The notes beneath the pieces were generated by a model. It worked only from the letters and a program-made list of their open reading frames with translations. It did not search any database and was not told the origin of the DNA. From Saprolegnia diclina VS20 (lineage: Eukaryota), in contig NW_008246098.1 of the NCBI RefSeq assembly GCF_000281045.1, positions 1 to 42,538 on the forward strand: 42,538 nucleotides of DNA, in the 5' to 3' direction. A program made the translations under genes and the position numbers. Below, piece by piece: positions 11,161 to 23,263 of the stretch (the first letter of the stretch is position 1; the number at the start of each line of letters is the position of its first letter).

Positions 11161-11175
11161 GACTTGGCAAATGCC
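11161..11175 (-). promoter_or_regulatory. Possible oomycete Inr/FPR core promoter of the Gsp synthetase gene
   Basis: GGCATTTGCCAAGTC on the minus strand about 50-60 nt upstream of ATG 11113; resembles the YCATTYY initiator plus flanking element. Confidence 0.35.
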
Positions 11176-12026
11176 ACTCCCGCCGCCCTCGGGCAGCAAA
11201 ACGAGGACCGAATTCGTACAGGTTCGAGTGGCCGTACGTACAACGCCGTGTGTCCATCCTGGTTCCGATAAGATATCCAATACACTTTGTACATGTACTG
11301 GCTGCTGTACGGCTTTGTACGTCGGTTACTTGAAAAATGTATGCTTCGACCGTGCCCTTTCTACTTTCGTCTGTTGGACGGAGTGTACACCCCAATGTAC
11401 GAACGTACAATGGCTTTATTAATTACGATAAAATAAAGCGTACATTGAATGTATGATGCCTGTATTTCTGCTATGCTTTTGTTGTTCGATCCATTGATAA
11501 GCTTGGTATTTGTATGCGAAGTCATCGGGAGAGTGTTCTTTGCGACCCAAATCGTAGTTCGAAGAAAATTGACCCGCGAAAGCCCATCTGCCAAAGCTCA
11601 GTCTGGAGAGCGATGGCATCGTCTTCACGACAGGTACAACTTGTAGCATTCTAGTACCGATTTCTTTGGTGCGACTGCAAGCCATGAGGGTATAGTGCGC
11701 ATGTAAAGAGAACATGTATGCAAATTTGAAATTTGAGTCTCGCTGCGAAGAGATTCCACAGCGAGCTCTCAGTCCAGTACTACTCATTGATGTTTTGCGT
11801 TAGAGTATATACCACACGACAATATAGCTGTGCTTCGAAGACCGACGATAAAGTGCATGCGCAAGGCCAGGGTGTGACGTCGAGTGCAAACCATTTTTTG
11901 CTTCAGTTAGTGGTTTTATGGATCCGGGTATTAGTTGTTCGGATAACTTATTTGTATCCGGATGGCCCAGTCTTGGTTTGTTGATTGTGTGGCAGCGCGG
12001 CAAGGAAGGACGCGGACCAGGTAGCC

Positions 12027-15000
12027 ATGCACCTCATGAACCTTACGCTCCAGGAGGGCGGCGCAATCACGCACGCCGTCTACGGCAACTTCTGTGGGAC
12101 GAAGAGCCAAGACATCGTATGCAGCGGCGGCTCGTCGCTTCGGCTGTTGCAGACGCAGGCGGCAACGGACCCGGCGACCATCAAGCAGCTCACGACGGTG
12201 CACAGTGTCGACGTCTTTGGTGTCATTCGGTCAATCCTGCCCTTTCGCCTCACGGGCGGTACGAAGGACTACCTCGTCGTGGGAACGGACTCGGGCAAGA
12301 TCACGGTGCTCGAGTTCATGGTCGAGTCTTCGTCGTGGGAGGTGCGCCACTCGGAAACTTTTGGAAAGACGGGCTGCCGCCGCATCACACCCGGTCAGTA
12401 CCTCGCAGCAGACCCCAAGGGACGCGCTATCATGATCGGCTCGGTAAGCAACATGATCTTTGCAGGGGTCGAGGCCAACACCGCGATTGTAGATCGAGAA
12501 GCAAAAGCTCGTGTACATCATGAATCGCGACGCGTCCAACCGCCTCACCATCTCGAGCCCGCTTGAGGCTCACCGCTCGCACGCGATCCACTTTGACATG
12601 ATCGGCGTCGACGTGGGCTTCGAGAACCCGATCTTCGCGACGCTCGAAATCGACTACTCGGAGCACGACAGCGGTAGCGTCCCAGCTTCCGAAGCGGTAA
12701 AGACCCTCGTGTACTACGAGCTCGACTTGGGCTTGAACCACGTGACACGTCGGTGGAGCGAGCCCGTGGAACGCTCAGCCAACAAGCTCATCGCGGTGCC
12801 TGGCGGCTCGGAGGGTCCTGGCGGTGTCTTGGTCTGCTCCGAAGGCTGGATCACGTACAAGAACGAAGGCCACGCCCAGGTAGAATTGCTCTTTTTCGTT
12901 TGCAGCCTGGTAATGCCCGAGCTGGTAGATTCCCTGCCGCATCCCGCAGCGTTACCAGCGCACGGACACGAACGGCCCAGCAATTCGCGGCGACGTCTTG
13001 ATTGTGGCGACGGCGACACACAAGCAGCGTGACCTCTTCTTCGTTATTGTGCAGTCGGAGCTCGGCGACTTGTACAAGGTGACGTTGACGTACAACGGCT
13101 CAGAGGTCTCGACCGTCAAGATCAAGGTCCGCACATTGATCCCTTCAACGCTGGTTTCACTTGAAACACATAGTTTTTCGACACGCTGCCGACAGCCAAC
13201 GCGCTCTGCATCACGAAAACGGGGTTCCTCTTTTCTGCAAGCGAGTTCGCAACGCACTACTTGTGCCAGTTCCAGTCCATTGGCGACAACGATGACACTG
13301 CCGAATGCGTCTCGTTCCAGGAGTACTACCCGAGCTTCCACTTGCGTCGGCTGACGAACCTTGCGGTCGTTGACACGATCGACAGCCTCTCCCCGATTAC
13401 GCAGCTCCTTGTGCGCATCTTGCTTTCTAAGTCCTACATGTCTCACGACAGCATCGGTAGGTGGACGATTTGGCGAACGAACACACACCGCAAATGTATG
13501 CGCTCTGCGGCCGCGGCAATCGGTCGAGTCTCCGAGTGCTTCGACACGGGCTCAGCGTCACGGAGGTGGCAGCGTCGCCTCTGCCAGGTGTCGCCAAGGC
13601 GGTGTGGTGCCTGAAGCAAAGCGAAGCCGACGCGACGCACAAGTACATTGTCGTGTCGTTTGAAGATGCCACGCTCGTCTTGGTATGTGATATTATATCT
13701 CGCTCGAATGGTGGCTGAAAGCAAAATGTAGGAAGTCGGCGACAGTGTTGAAGAGGTCACCAACACGGGTCTCTCCAAAGACGTTGGGTCGCTCATGGTC
13801 GTCGTGCTTGCGGACGACTCAATGGTGCAGATCCATCGCAACGGCTTCAACCACGTGCGCCAGTACCAACGCGTGACGCAGTTCAAGGCTCCCGGCAAGA
13901 AGGTTCATTTCTAATGACGATGCACAACCGAACTCAGTGGACACCCATAGGTCATCGAGCGCTGCACCGCGAACGGGCGGCAGGTGGTGCTGAGCATGGC
14001 GGGCGGCACGATCATCTATTTTGAGCTGAGCCCGACAGGCGAGCTGGTCGAGAAGGGTCGCACGGAGCTTCTTGGCGACATCTCGTCGCTCGACGTGGGC
14101 GAAGTGCCCGAGGGGCGGCAGCGCTTTCCGTTCCTCGCTGTCGGCAGCTACGATGGCAATGTGCGCATTCTAAACTTGGACCCAAACAACCTCTTTGCGG
14201 ACCAGACGCTGCTCGCGATGCCGGGGTCGCATCCACATTCGTTGTGCTTCTCCCTCCTGCAGTTTGAGCCGCACGCGGACGCCAATGGTGGTCATGCGCT
14301 TTTTCTCTCGATCGGCCTCGAGAACGGCGTGATGCAGCAGTCGCGCATCGACCCGCTCACGGCCAAGGTCCTCGATACGCGCACGCGTTTCCTTGGCACC
14401 GAGCCCGTCAAGCTATTTCGCGTCCTCGTACAGGGCAAGCGCGCAGTCCTTGGTCTGAGCTCGCGCTGCTGGCTCTCGTACTTTCATGGCGCGCGGCGAC
14501 AGCTCACACCGCTCTCGTGTGAGCCGCTGGCGTACGCGAGCGTATTTGTCTCGGAACAGTGCCCTGAAGGCATCGTGGCCGTCGCGCAGGACGAGCTCAA
14601 GATTCTGACGCTCGACGCCCTCGGCGACGTCTTCAACCAACAGACGATCACGCTCAAGTACACGCCGCGGAAAGCAATTGTGCATCCGCTCACGCGCCGA
14701 CTTTTGATTCTGGAAGCCGACCACAATGCTCTCAACGATGCGCAAAACGGTGCGCGATTTGCTCTTGCACTGTGCTTTCTGATGCTGACACTTTCTATCT
14801 TGTAGCCAGCGTGGGCTTTGAAACCGCTGCGCCGCCTCGCCCCGTGAGCCCCGATGACGACGATGAAGAGGACGACTTGCAAGCCAACTTGCTATTCCTG
14901 CACCCGCCGATCCCGCAAGCCCCGGGTACATGCATCCCGCCTGCAAGTCGAAAGTTGGTACTGATGGAAACGTAGGCGCGTGGGTCTCGCAGCTCCGCAT

Positions 15001-16036
15001 CGTGGACCCGACGTCGCTCGAGACGCTCGTGTGCCACCCATTTGACCAGAACGAGCGCGCGTTGAGCCTAAGCACCTGCGTCTTCCATGATCGTGGTGGC
15101 GAGACCTTTCTCATCGTCGGCACGGTCAAGAACATGCAGTTGCACGCCCCAACGAGCGAAGCGACAGGCTATCTGCGCGTCTACCGGCTCATGGACGCAA
15201 CGCTCGTGCTCGTGCACGTCACCGAGCTCGACGGTATCCCGTATACGATGTGTGAGTTCCAGGGCCGGCTTCTTGTTTCGCTCGGCAAGACGTTGCGCAT
15301 CTACGACCTCGGGAAGAAGAAGATGCTGCGCAAGTGCGAGAACCGGACGTTTCCCAGCATCGTCATTGGGCTCACGACCGCGGGGTCCCGAATCTACTGC
15401 TCGGACGCGCAAAGCTCGTTTCACTACGTGCGCTACCGCAGCGAAGAGAACCAGCTCGTACTGTTCGCTGATGACTTTGTCCCACGTGCGGTTACGGCAT
15501 CGGCGCTTCTTGACTACGACACGATGGCCGGCGGCGACAAGTTTGGCAACATCTTTGTGACGCGGCTTCCGTCCGAGGTCTCGGACGAAGTCGAGAACCC
15601 TTCGGGAAACCGTATTCTCTGGGACGCGCACCACGGCGCGCCAAACAAGGTCGAGCAAGTGTGCCAGTTCCACGTCGGCGAGGCGATTACGAGCATGGTG
15701 CGCACGCGCCTCGTGCCCGTAGGCATGGAGGCGATCGTGTACACGACGGTCATGGGCCGCATTGGCGCGCTCATCCCATTCAGCTCGCGCGAGGACATTG
15801 ACTTTGCGACGCATCTCGAGATGTACATGCGTCAGGAGGCGCCGCCACTCTGCGGCCGCGACCACCTGAGCTACCGGTCGTACTTTATTCCTGTGAAAGA
15901 CGTGGCCGATGGTGATCTCTGCGACCAGTTTGGCGCGCTGCCGAATGACAAGCAGCTCAAGGTTGCGCAGGACCTCGACCGCACGCCGCTCGAAGTGCTC
16001 AAGAAGCTCGAAGACATTCGCAACCGCCTGCTCTAG
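12027..16036 (+). CDS. SF3B3: Splicing factor 3B subunit 3 (SAP130/RSE1), multi-exon
   Basis: N-terminus MHLMNLTLQ..AITHAVYGNF; ETFGKTGCRRITPGQYLAADPKGRA; LTISSPLEAH; YYELDLGLNHV; C-terminus PPLCGRDHLSYRSYFIPVKDVADGDLC...KKLEDIRNRLL*. Many short GT-AG introns, e.g. 12444-12492 and 12880-12928. Confidence 0.97.
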
Positions 16037-16372
16037 GTCGATAATGACACAACGAGCGTGTATTTGCATATCAATCAATGGGTACAGTCTTACGTGCGAC
16101 CAGAGTACTTGACTGTGATTTGGGAGTGCAACAGTGTGAACAATAGCGGCACCTATGAATCATACCTGCCGGCGTGGGAGGGTAGGGCTGGTGGTCTTTC
16201 GACAAAGTACAATACTGCAGCAGTAAAAGATAAATACAGTAGTTGTAGGCAGAGTTGTAGGCCTCGTTTGGTGCGCAATCAATATGTCATCGCGTTGTGT
16301 CTGATTGCGCATTTATTAGCGACAGAAAACTGAGCTAACAGCGTAATGCTCGTACTAGTAGTTTAACAAGGT

Positions 16373-16927
16373 TTAGGCGGCAATCGTGATCTCGAAAGCT
16401 CCGTACGTCGATGGAGCACCGCTTGTTGGCATTTTAGCGTCGTCGCAACTCGTTGGGCTTACCGCGGGCGAGGAGGTGGTTTGGGTAGTGTGTACCGCGT
16501 CTTTGATAGGGGAAAGCAGCGGGGTAGCTTGTAACTTGGCGTCTACGCGGTCCTGGATGGTGGAGGCGGTTGCTTCGAGGCCCCACAGCGTCCACTCATT
16601 CTGTTTGTGCTCGAGGATGCGACCCGTGATAACGTACCGGAGAAACATGAGCGCAAGCAGAAATGTGAGCAGAAGAAGCATCGAGTGCAGCACTGCGTGG
16701 AGACGGACGTACTCAAAGACGAGAGCGCACGTGAGGAGCGGCACAAAGTAGTAAAATACATTGGCAGTCGCCGCCCGGCGGTCGCATGCAAGGCGATGTT
16801 GCTCCGCGAACGCTGTTTCTTCTGTCGCGTCGGTCGTGTCGATAGGGAACTTGTCGTAGAAGCCGCTTGGCAGCACGTCAAAGAGGCTCGCCCAGAGAAT
16901 TGCCATGATGAACCAGAAGACGAGCAT
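16373..16927 (-). CDS. Hypothetical multi-pass membrane protein
   Basis: Single ORF with about three hydrophobic segments (MLVFWFIMAILWASLF; VFYYFVPLLTCALVF; MLLLLTFLLALMFL) and an S/T/P-rich tail ending TYGAF. Start codon uncertain. Confidence 0.6.
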   Translation of the reverse strand: MLVFWFIMAILWASLFDVLPSGFYDKFPIDTTDATEETAFAEQHRLACDRRAATANVFYYFVPLLTCALVFEYVRLHAVLHSMLLLLTFLLALMFLRYVITGRILEHKQNEWTLWGLEATASTIQDRVDAKLQATPLLSPIKDAVHTTQTTSSPAVSPTSCDDAKMPTSGAPSTYGAFEITIAA

Positions 16928-17795
16928 TTCTCGGCGCGGGGTCGAGTGCGTCGGTGGGCTTTTGCAGAGAATTGGAAGTGACAAAGTGTAGAGGTGATCG
17001 AACCTTTCGCCTCGTTCTCACACAAACGCCTTATCCCACAGAGAGCCATTCCATTCCACATGTCACGACAGGGCGATCTTAAATTTTAGTTCCAGGTGCT
17101 TCATCTCGAACGAATAAAAAGGTATTGACGAGCCCCAAAATTTAGCTGCATATTTCAGACATGCCGGGCAGGCACACACGTCAGCATCTTCCTTCGTTTG
17201 GTCATTGCACCAGTCATCGACGACTGACGACAGTCCGATAATGTGGGGGTCATTTGCCAAAACCTTGAGCAAGGAGAAATGAAAATGAGTATTATGGTTC
17301 AAATCATGCTTGCTTGTGCGAAACAACACGGAGCATATAGATGTACAGGACCAGTGGCGAACAATCGTCAGCTGCATACTAGTACCGGTACGTGCAAGTC
17401 GAAACAAGTCCTTGGCTTTGAGTAGTCCGTCTCATAACAGCCTACTCATTGTAGAAATCCCAAGCGCAAAATCAGCTGCACGTTTCGCTTCTTGTCTGGA
17501 TATTAATTAATATTGTGTCCCAACCGTGCCCAGGGCTGCTACACCATGATGACACAGCAATGCACGAGCTCCATTTGCTGGGCATATTGAGGACTGTTAT
17601 ATAAGCAGCGCATGCCAACGCGTTACGTTGTGAAATCTCTGGGCCCTCTGTTGCACTGCACCAAGACTACATTGCGAATAGTAGAGTGCCTGGAGTTTAA
17701 CCTAGCCGCGCTGCGGCTAAACTCGTCGCGCTGGTTGAACGTTACGCATTTAGGATCTTTGGGTTCTACACTTGCCAAACGACGGAGAAGTAGCG

Positions 17796-19382
17796 ATGGA
17801 TGGTACGAGGGCTTCGCCTCCGATCGCATCTCATATATACGTAGAGCGGATCAAGCGTCTGGCGCCAAGCATCACAATCAGGTACGGCTGCTAACATTGG
17901 TGTCGAGATTCTCACGGCCGGCAGCGAGTGCCCCTCGGAGGTCTTTTGCACCCGTTTCTCACCGGACGGTTCTCTCCTCGCCGCAGGCTGTGGTGACGGC
18001 GCCATTCGCGTACGCTCCGGCGTCGATATCGCGTGGGCTAAGGAAACGTAGATTTTCAATGTCGCCAATGGAGCGCTTGCATACACGCTAATGCAACCGC
18101 ACCACAACTACGGCTTTGGCATGCCGTGCACTGCCCTGCGCTTTCGCCCGCTCACGAGCAGCTCCAAGACGAAGAACGTGCTTCTCGCCGTGAGTACGCC
18201 AAAACTTATTTTGCTTTCTCGCATCGAAATCTTGGTATCACATATCCATAGATTCGAACGGGTCGGTCGAGCACTGGCACATTACGTCTGGCAAGTGCTT
18301 GCACGCGATCACGGACGAGCAAAACCAGTTGTATGCGCTCGACTACCGCCCCGACGGCGCCATGTTTGCGACGTCCGGCAAAGACCACACGGTGCGGCGA
18401 CGACGACTCATCGGACGGGCTGAAATTCCTGGATCTGCAGATCCGTGTGTATGACGAAGCGACCAAGACGGAAGTGCTGAGCATGAAAGGCGGGTGCGTC
18501 ACCACCCCGAGATTGTATGCCACTCAAGCCTCAAACTAGTCATGGCACGCTTACGGCCGGCCACAGCAACCGCGTCTTCTCCGTCAAGTTTCATCCCGTT
18601 GATGAGAATACCATTGTTTCGGGGGGCTGGGACAACACAGTGCAGATCTGGGACACCCGCGCGGGGCACTCTGTGCGAGGCATCTATGGTCCACACATCG
18701 CCGGTGCGTGTTTTCATTTTTCGACACCGGATGACAGCGATACCTACCTAGGCGACGCCATCGATATCAACGCCAAAAATGAAATTCTCACAGGCTCATG
18801 GCGCCCCGAAAACCCCCTTGAGCTCTGGGACTATGGAAGCGGGAAACGGTTCGCGGCGATTCCGTGGAACCAAAGTGCGCTCAAAGGCGAGCCGTGCTTC
18901 CTATACGCCGCGCAGTTTTCCAAAGATCCCCGTAGCCGCCTTATCGCTGCGGGCGGCAGCGGTTCGAATGAAGGCAAGGTGTTTGACCACGACGTCAACA
19001 ACAAGGTATTCACTTTTGTACGACAGCAGTATGTATATTGCAACACGGGTAGCTCGTGGGCACGGTCGCAGGGCTCAGCCGAGGTGTCTTCACATTGGAC
19101 TTTGGCCCATCTGGCGACAAACTTGCCCTCGCCGGCGCCGACGCAGCGATTCGTATCATTGATATTTATGACTTCGTGCCGGGCGAGAAGGGCCGGGAAC
19201 GCCCCGTGACACCGTCGATCAAGTACACAACAACAAAAACGAGGAATCACAACTATGACAAATGCAACGATAGGAATGCACCACTCACGCCGTCGCTTGA
19301 TGCAGCTCCGACGGGGCTACGGTCGCCCAAGGCAACACGCGGCCCACCGCCGGCCGCCAATGTGCTCGGTGTGCACAAGTAG
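17796..19382 (+). CDS. WD40-repeat protein, multi-exon
   Basis: Spliced repeats EVFCTRFSPDGSLLAAGCGDGAIR, LDYRPDGAMFATSGKD, GHSNRVFSVKFHP...SGGWDNTVQIWD, VFTLDFGPSGDKLALAGADAAIRIID; short GT-AG introns. Confidence 0.85.
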
Positions 19383-19473
19383 GAATATACGTCGATCGGT
19401 ACGCTGCTCTGTACAAACAAGTAATCAATCAATAAACAAACATCGACGACTGCACGGGTGCTCATCCGTATAC

Positions 19474-20727
19474 TTATTTTAAAGCATCATGGTTACGCCA
19501 CGACGCAAGATCGAGTGACGTCACATCGTCGGAAGGAGCGACCACACTTTGCAGGTACGTGGCTAGATGCAAGAGCTCCGCGTCCCGCGTCGCAGCCTCC
19601 TACATAAGGAAGAAATGCGCGCATAAGTGGTAAGACAGGCATGTGTCGTACGTCAGTGCAGTCGTAGCGTGCAATTGGAATACCATTGCGCGGGTTCAAG
19701 TTGAAGTTGTGAGGCAGATCGTCGACATGTACCGTGTTGCGCGCGTGCCACACACCGGGAAAGTGGCTCCATATGATCTCAAGCGCCTTGACTTTGCTCT
19801 TGCGCTTCTTTGTCTTTGAATCGTCTATCGATTGGTAGCTGAACATGTTTGTCTTGTCCAGGATAAAGTTGATGCGGTAGTCTACCACTGTGTTTCCGCT
19901 AATGAAAACAAATAGGATGTCATGTACCTGGTGTCGTGAGCATGCCGAGCTCGGTGAGCTTAATCTCGATCCACTTCCACGACGTCTGCGACCAAATACA
20001 CACGTCGAAATGCGACCATACAGCGCTCAAGAATGTGTGCATATACGGCCGCATGAATCGACTGCTCGGAATCCCATTGTCTTTTGTCGCACTACGGATT
20101 TAATTTCTTGCGCATACGCTGAATTGCAGCGATGATGTACCTTATGTCCATGAGTGTATGATCGAGGTCGAGTACGAGCAGTTTCTTGGACGGACGGGGC
20201 GGGTGCATCACATGGATATGTGTCATGGCAATCGAGCGCGCGAGGGCGAGGTTGTTCTCTTTCGCCTACGACACCCGTAGCATTCCTTTTCTTGCAAGCT
20301 CCGAGCCTACGCTGTGCCATTGTGCCGAGTTTTGCGCGAACGCGCAGTTAAAGTCGGAAAAAACGGGCGGCAGTGCACCCGCCGGAAGGGCATCTGGGTC
20401 CACAAGCACTTCGCTATCCTTGGTACCGATGAGCATGAATTTTTGCGGGTGCTTGAGAGCCATGTCGCCAAGGCGCACGTTGTCGCTAGCTATGTCAATA
20501 CCTCCGTGATCATCATGCAGTGCGGGATACACCATCTACATACCTGGCTTTCCACGGACGTTTAAACCGACGAGCTTCTGCCGCGCGGGCTGGATGCCCG
20601 TGATGGCTTGGATGCGCAACTTGACATCAAGGATCGTCATCGACGGCCCCACATCCAGGCGTATCTCTTCCTTCTTCCACTTGCCCACAAGCGCGATGGG
20701 GGCCGCCTTGGCCTCCTCGTCTGCCAT
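19474..20727 (-). CDS. UBLCP1: Ubiquitin-like domain-containing CTD phosphatase 1 (FCP/SCP HAD phosphatase), multi-exon
   Basis: N-terminal UBL (LKI..ITGIQPARQKLVGL; KFMLIGT). HAD motif KLLVLDLDHTL, RPYMHTFL, WSQTSWKWIEIKLTELGM, NTVHVDDLPHNFNLNPRNG. Final exon ends ...SWRNHDALK* at 19474. Confidence 0.9.
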
Positions 20728-20980
20728 CGCTGTTGTGAGAACGTTTGGTCGTAAACTTCACTCTATTTATTCAATTAGAAATAGTGTCAAATAGGGTTCA
20801 TTCCGAAATCTGGCAAGTCAATACCAGCACTACTGTAGACATTATAGTACTGTACTTGTGCACACAGTGCGTAGACGATAAGGGTTTATTACACGTATCT
20901 GTTGCGGCCTGTCGACGACAAGGCTTATCGACGATGTATCAGAGCGAGTGGCATTGATAGCGATAGGTATATATATACGA

Positions 20981-22024
20981 CTACAGGATGTGCTTGTGGT
21001 CCGGGTGCTGCGCCTTCCACGATGCCTTACTCGTCAAAAGCACCTTGGAGTTGGCATCCCAAGACTTCATGCCGCGCGTGATGGCGAGGTCCACTTGCGA
21101 CCAGTTGTTCCGTAGGTCTGGAAGTGTACACACATGACCAACCTTTGGTTGTCCGCAGCGCCCGCATTTGTATGACTTGCGGTTCCCTGCCTCTTCCGCC
21201 GCCGCGTTTTCTTCGCGGAGGTTCAACGCGATCTGGGCCATGTCCATGGAGAGGCCCGTGGAGCGGTTGCTAACGCGCTGCTTTCGCGGTGGCGGTGGCT
21301 TCTTTTCGTCCATGCTCAGTAGGTCTGTGAACGACGCGGCGGCTATGCCATGGTTGTCGAAACTCCACTACGGGATATCGGACTGAGCGTGTGGTACCTG
21401 GATTGTGCTGGAACTGGCGAAGCTGCTGCGCGTGATGGAGCAAGTTGTCGGGATTGCTCAAATGGCGTTCGTGGCGGATTTTGTGCTTCAGGTCCATGAC
21501 GTTCTCTTGCAGTTGATGTGCGTGGAACGTCTGTGCAAGCTCTACGCGGGATGTAAATACGTTGTGTATCGTCGCGGCGACGGTCGTACCTGTGTGCTGT
21601 TGCACGGGCTCATTCGCAGGCAGGAAGTCGCGCAAGATATTTTCGACTTCAGCGTCATCGACAAAGCTCATGCCCGCCCAGCTTCCGTGTGGGTTGCTAG
21701 GCTGCGAAAATGGCATGGGTTCCGGCTACACACGACACCGTTTAGCGAAGGCAAGCAGCACAAACATCATGCACGTACGATCGTAAGCTCTATGTTTCCG
21801 TGAGAGGTTGGCTCCGGGTGCAGCGGCGGCATATCGCTGATGGAGAAAATCCCTGTCGGCGGCGCAAACGCCGGTGGCGGCACAAAGTGGTCGAAGAAGT
21901 CAGGGTTGGACTTGTGGCGCTTGTGACCGCTGGGACGCGAGTAGGCGGCACGGTCGCTGGCTGCATTGCCGTCGGGCAGCATGTTGAAGTCTAGGTTGAG
22001 CCCTGCGAACAGATTGTCTCCCAT
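20981..22024 (-). CDS. Low-complexity protein with C-terminal CxxCGQPKxGHxC zinc knuckle (paralog A), multi-exon
   Basis: Three ORF blocks separated by short introns. YKCGRCGQPKVGHVCT preceded by basic KKPPPPRKQR; HKRHKSNPD and HERHLSNPD motifs. Start codon inferred. Confidence 0.7.
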
Positions 22025-22057
22025 CGCGGCGTCGTCTTTGCCGTCGTCGGCCGTGGC

Positions 22058-22076
22058 CAAAATGCTTAAAATGCTG
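22058..22076 (-). promoter_or_regulatory. Oomycete Inr+FPR-like core promoter
   Basis: CAGCATTTTAAGCATTTTG on the minus strand about 35-50 nt upstream of ATG 22024. Confidence 0.45.
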
Positions 22077-22604
22077 AATCCACGCCGAATAATCGGGGCG
22101 ACGCGTATCCGGATAGTTCAGTCGACTTCTCAACTGAAGACTACTGGCGATCGACTAACTAGATAATCACTGCTATCAAAAGCAAGATGGCTGAAATCCC
22201 GCGAGCAGCTTGAGACAAACCAAGAGCCCTCGCTCTTGATGCGATGATACGATGCTGCCAGCGCTACGATATTGAGCCGTTGGCAACAGCTCAGCGGTGC
22301 CTTCCGCGCGTTGTTCTCCATATTTCATTCCGATCAGCACCATCCTCACGCCACAGCCACAACTGCAAAGTTTTTGTAGTATTGCCGTCGCCGTCTGGTC
22401 GCATCTCACTTAGCGTATAAGATAAATATGTGATATGTAATACCCTTGATAATGGTCACGTCCACAACGAGTTTACACCATGGAGTTTACACCCACTGGT
22501 TTACACCATGGAGCCGCAAGATTTTTCAAGTTAGTCGATTGCCGATGTTCAGTCGGTCGAACGAGACCATACGAGACTTCGAAAAAAGATCTGGCGGCCG
22601 CGAG

Positions 22605-23171
22605 ATGCACAGTGCGATCGTGACGACCGAGAAAGGTCACGTGCTCCTCGCGCGCTACTTCCGCGCGACGACGACCGAGGGAAAGCGTGCGTATGAGCAA
22701 GCACTCTTCGCTGCTGTGCAGTGGCCCGCGCTCGCGACAACTGAGTCGGCTACCGGCGACGCAGTCTTCTTCGCCGTGTGCCACAACCACTATGTTGTGT
22801 ACCGCAAACACGGCGACCTCGTGTGGTTCCTAGCCGGTGGCCTGGAGTATGACGAGCTTACTCGTTCGTATCGAATCATTATATGATCGCGCGGGTTCAT
22901 GTCGATGTCCAACTACTGTAGTGCACGACACACTCGTCACCATCCAAGCTGTCGCCGCAGCTCACATGGAGAAGCGTTGCACGGAAGCGCTTTTTCTCGC
23001 TAATCACTCAAAGATTGTTGTCGCGCTTGACGATATGATTCACGAGGTAGCGTGCGACGTTTGAAACGTGATGAGTATAAAGAAGATTGCTACTAGGGTC
23101 ATCTCGACGTGACGGAGGTGCAAAGTGTGCTGCAGATGACGAAGCTAAAGCCATATCCTACCAAGGTGTGA
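22605..23171 (+). CDS. Longin-domain small (sigma/zeta-type) adaptor subunit, most like TSET/TPLATE subunit TSPOON/LOLITA; 3 exons, 152 aa
   Basis: Exons 22605-22863, 22922-23046, 23097-23171. Spliced: MHSAIVTTEKGHVLLARYF...YVVYRKHGDLVWFLAGGLEYDELTLHDTL...KRCTEALFLANHSKIVVALDDMIHEGHLDVTEVQSVLQMTKLKP. Confidence 0.75.
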
Positions 23172-23263
23172 CTGCGCACGAATTACGTGTATATATATAT
23201 CAGTTCGCTACTACTCTAATCACAATGAAAGATCATGTATGCCGGGATGTAAGTGGGGTTTTT

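Noticed and set aside
15068..16078. 336-aa minus-strand ORF, and similar shadows at 763-1383, 9720-10400, 23744-24322 and 28078-28884
   Set aside because: Antisense to well-supported genes; an expected by-product of high GC3.
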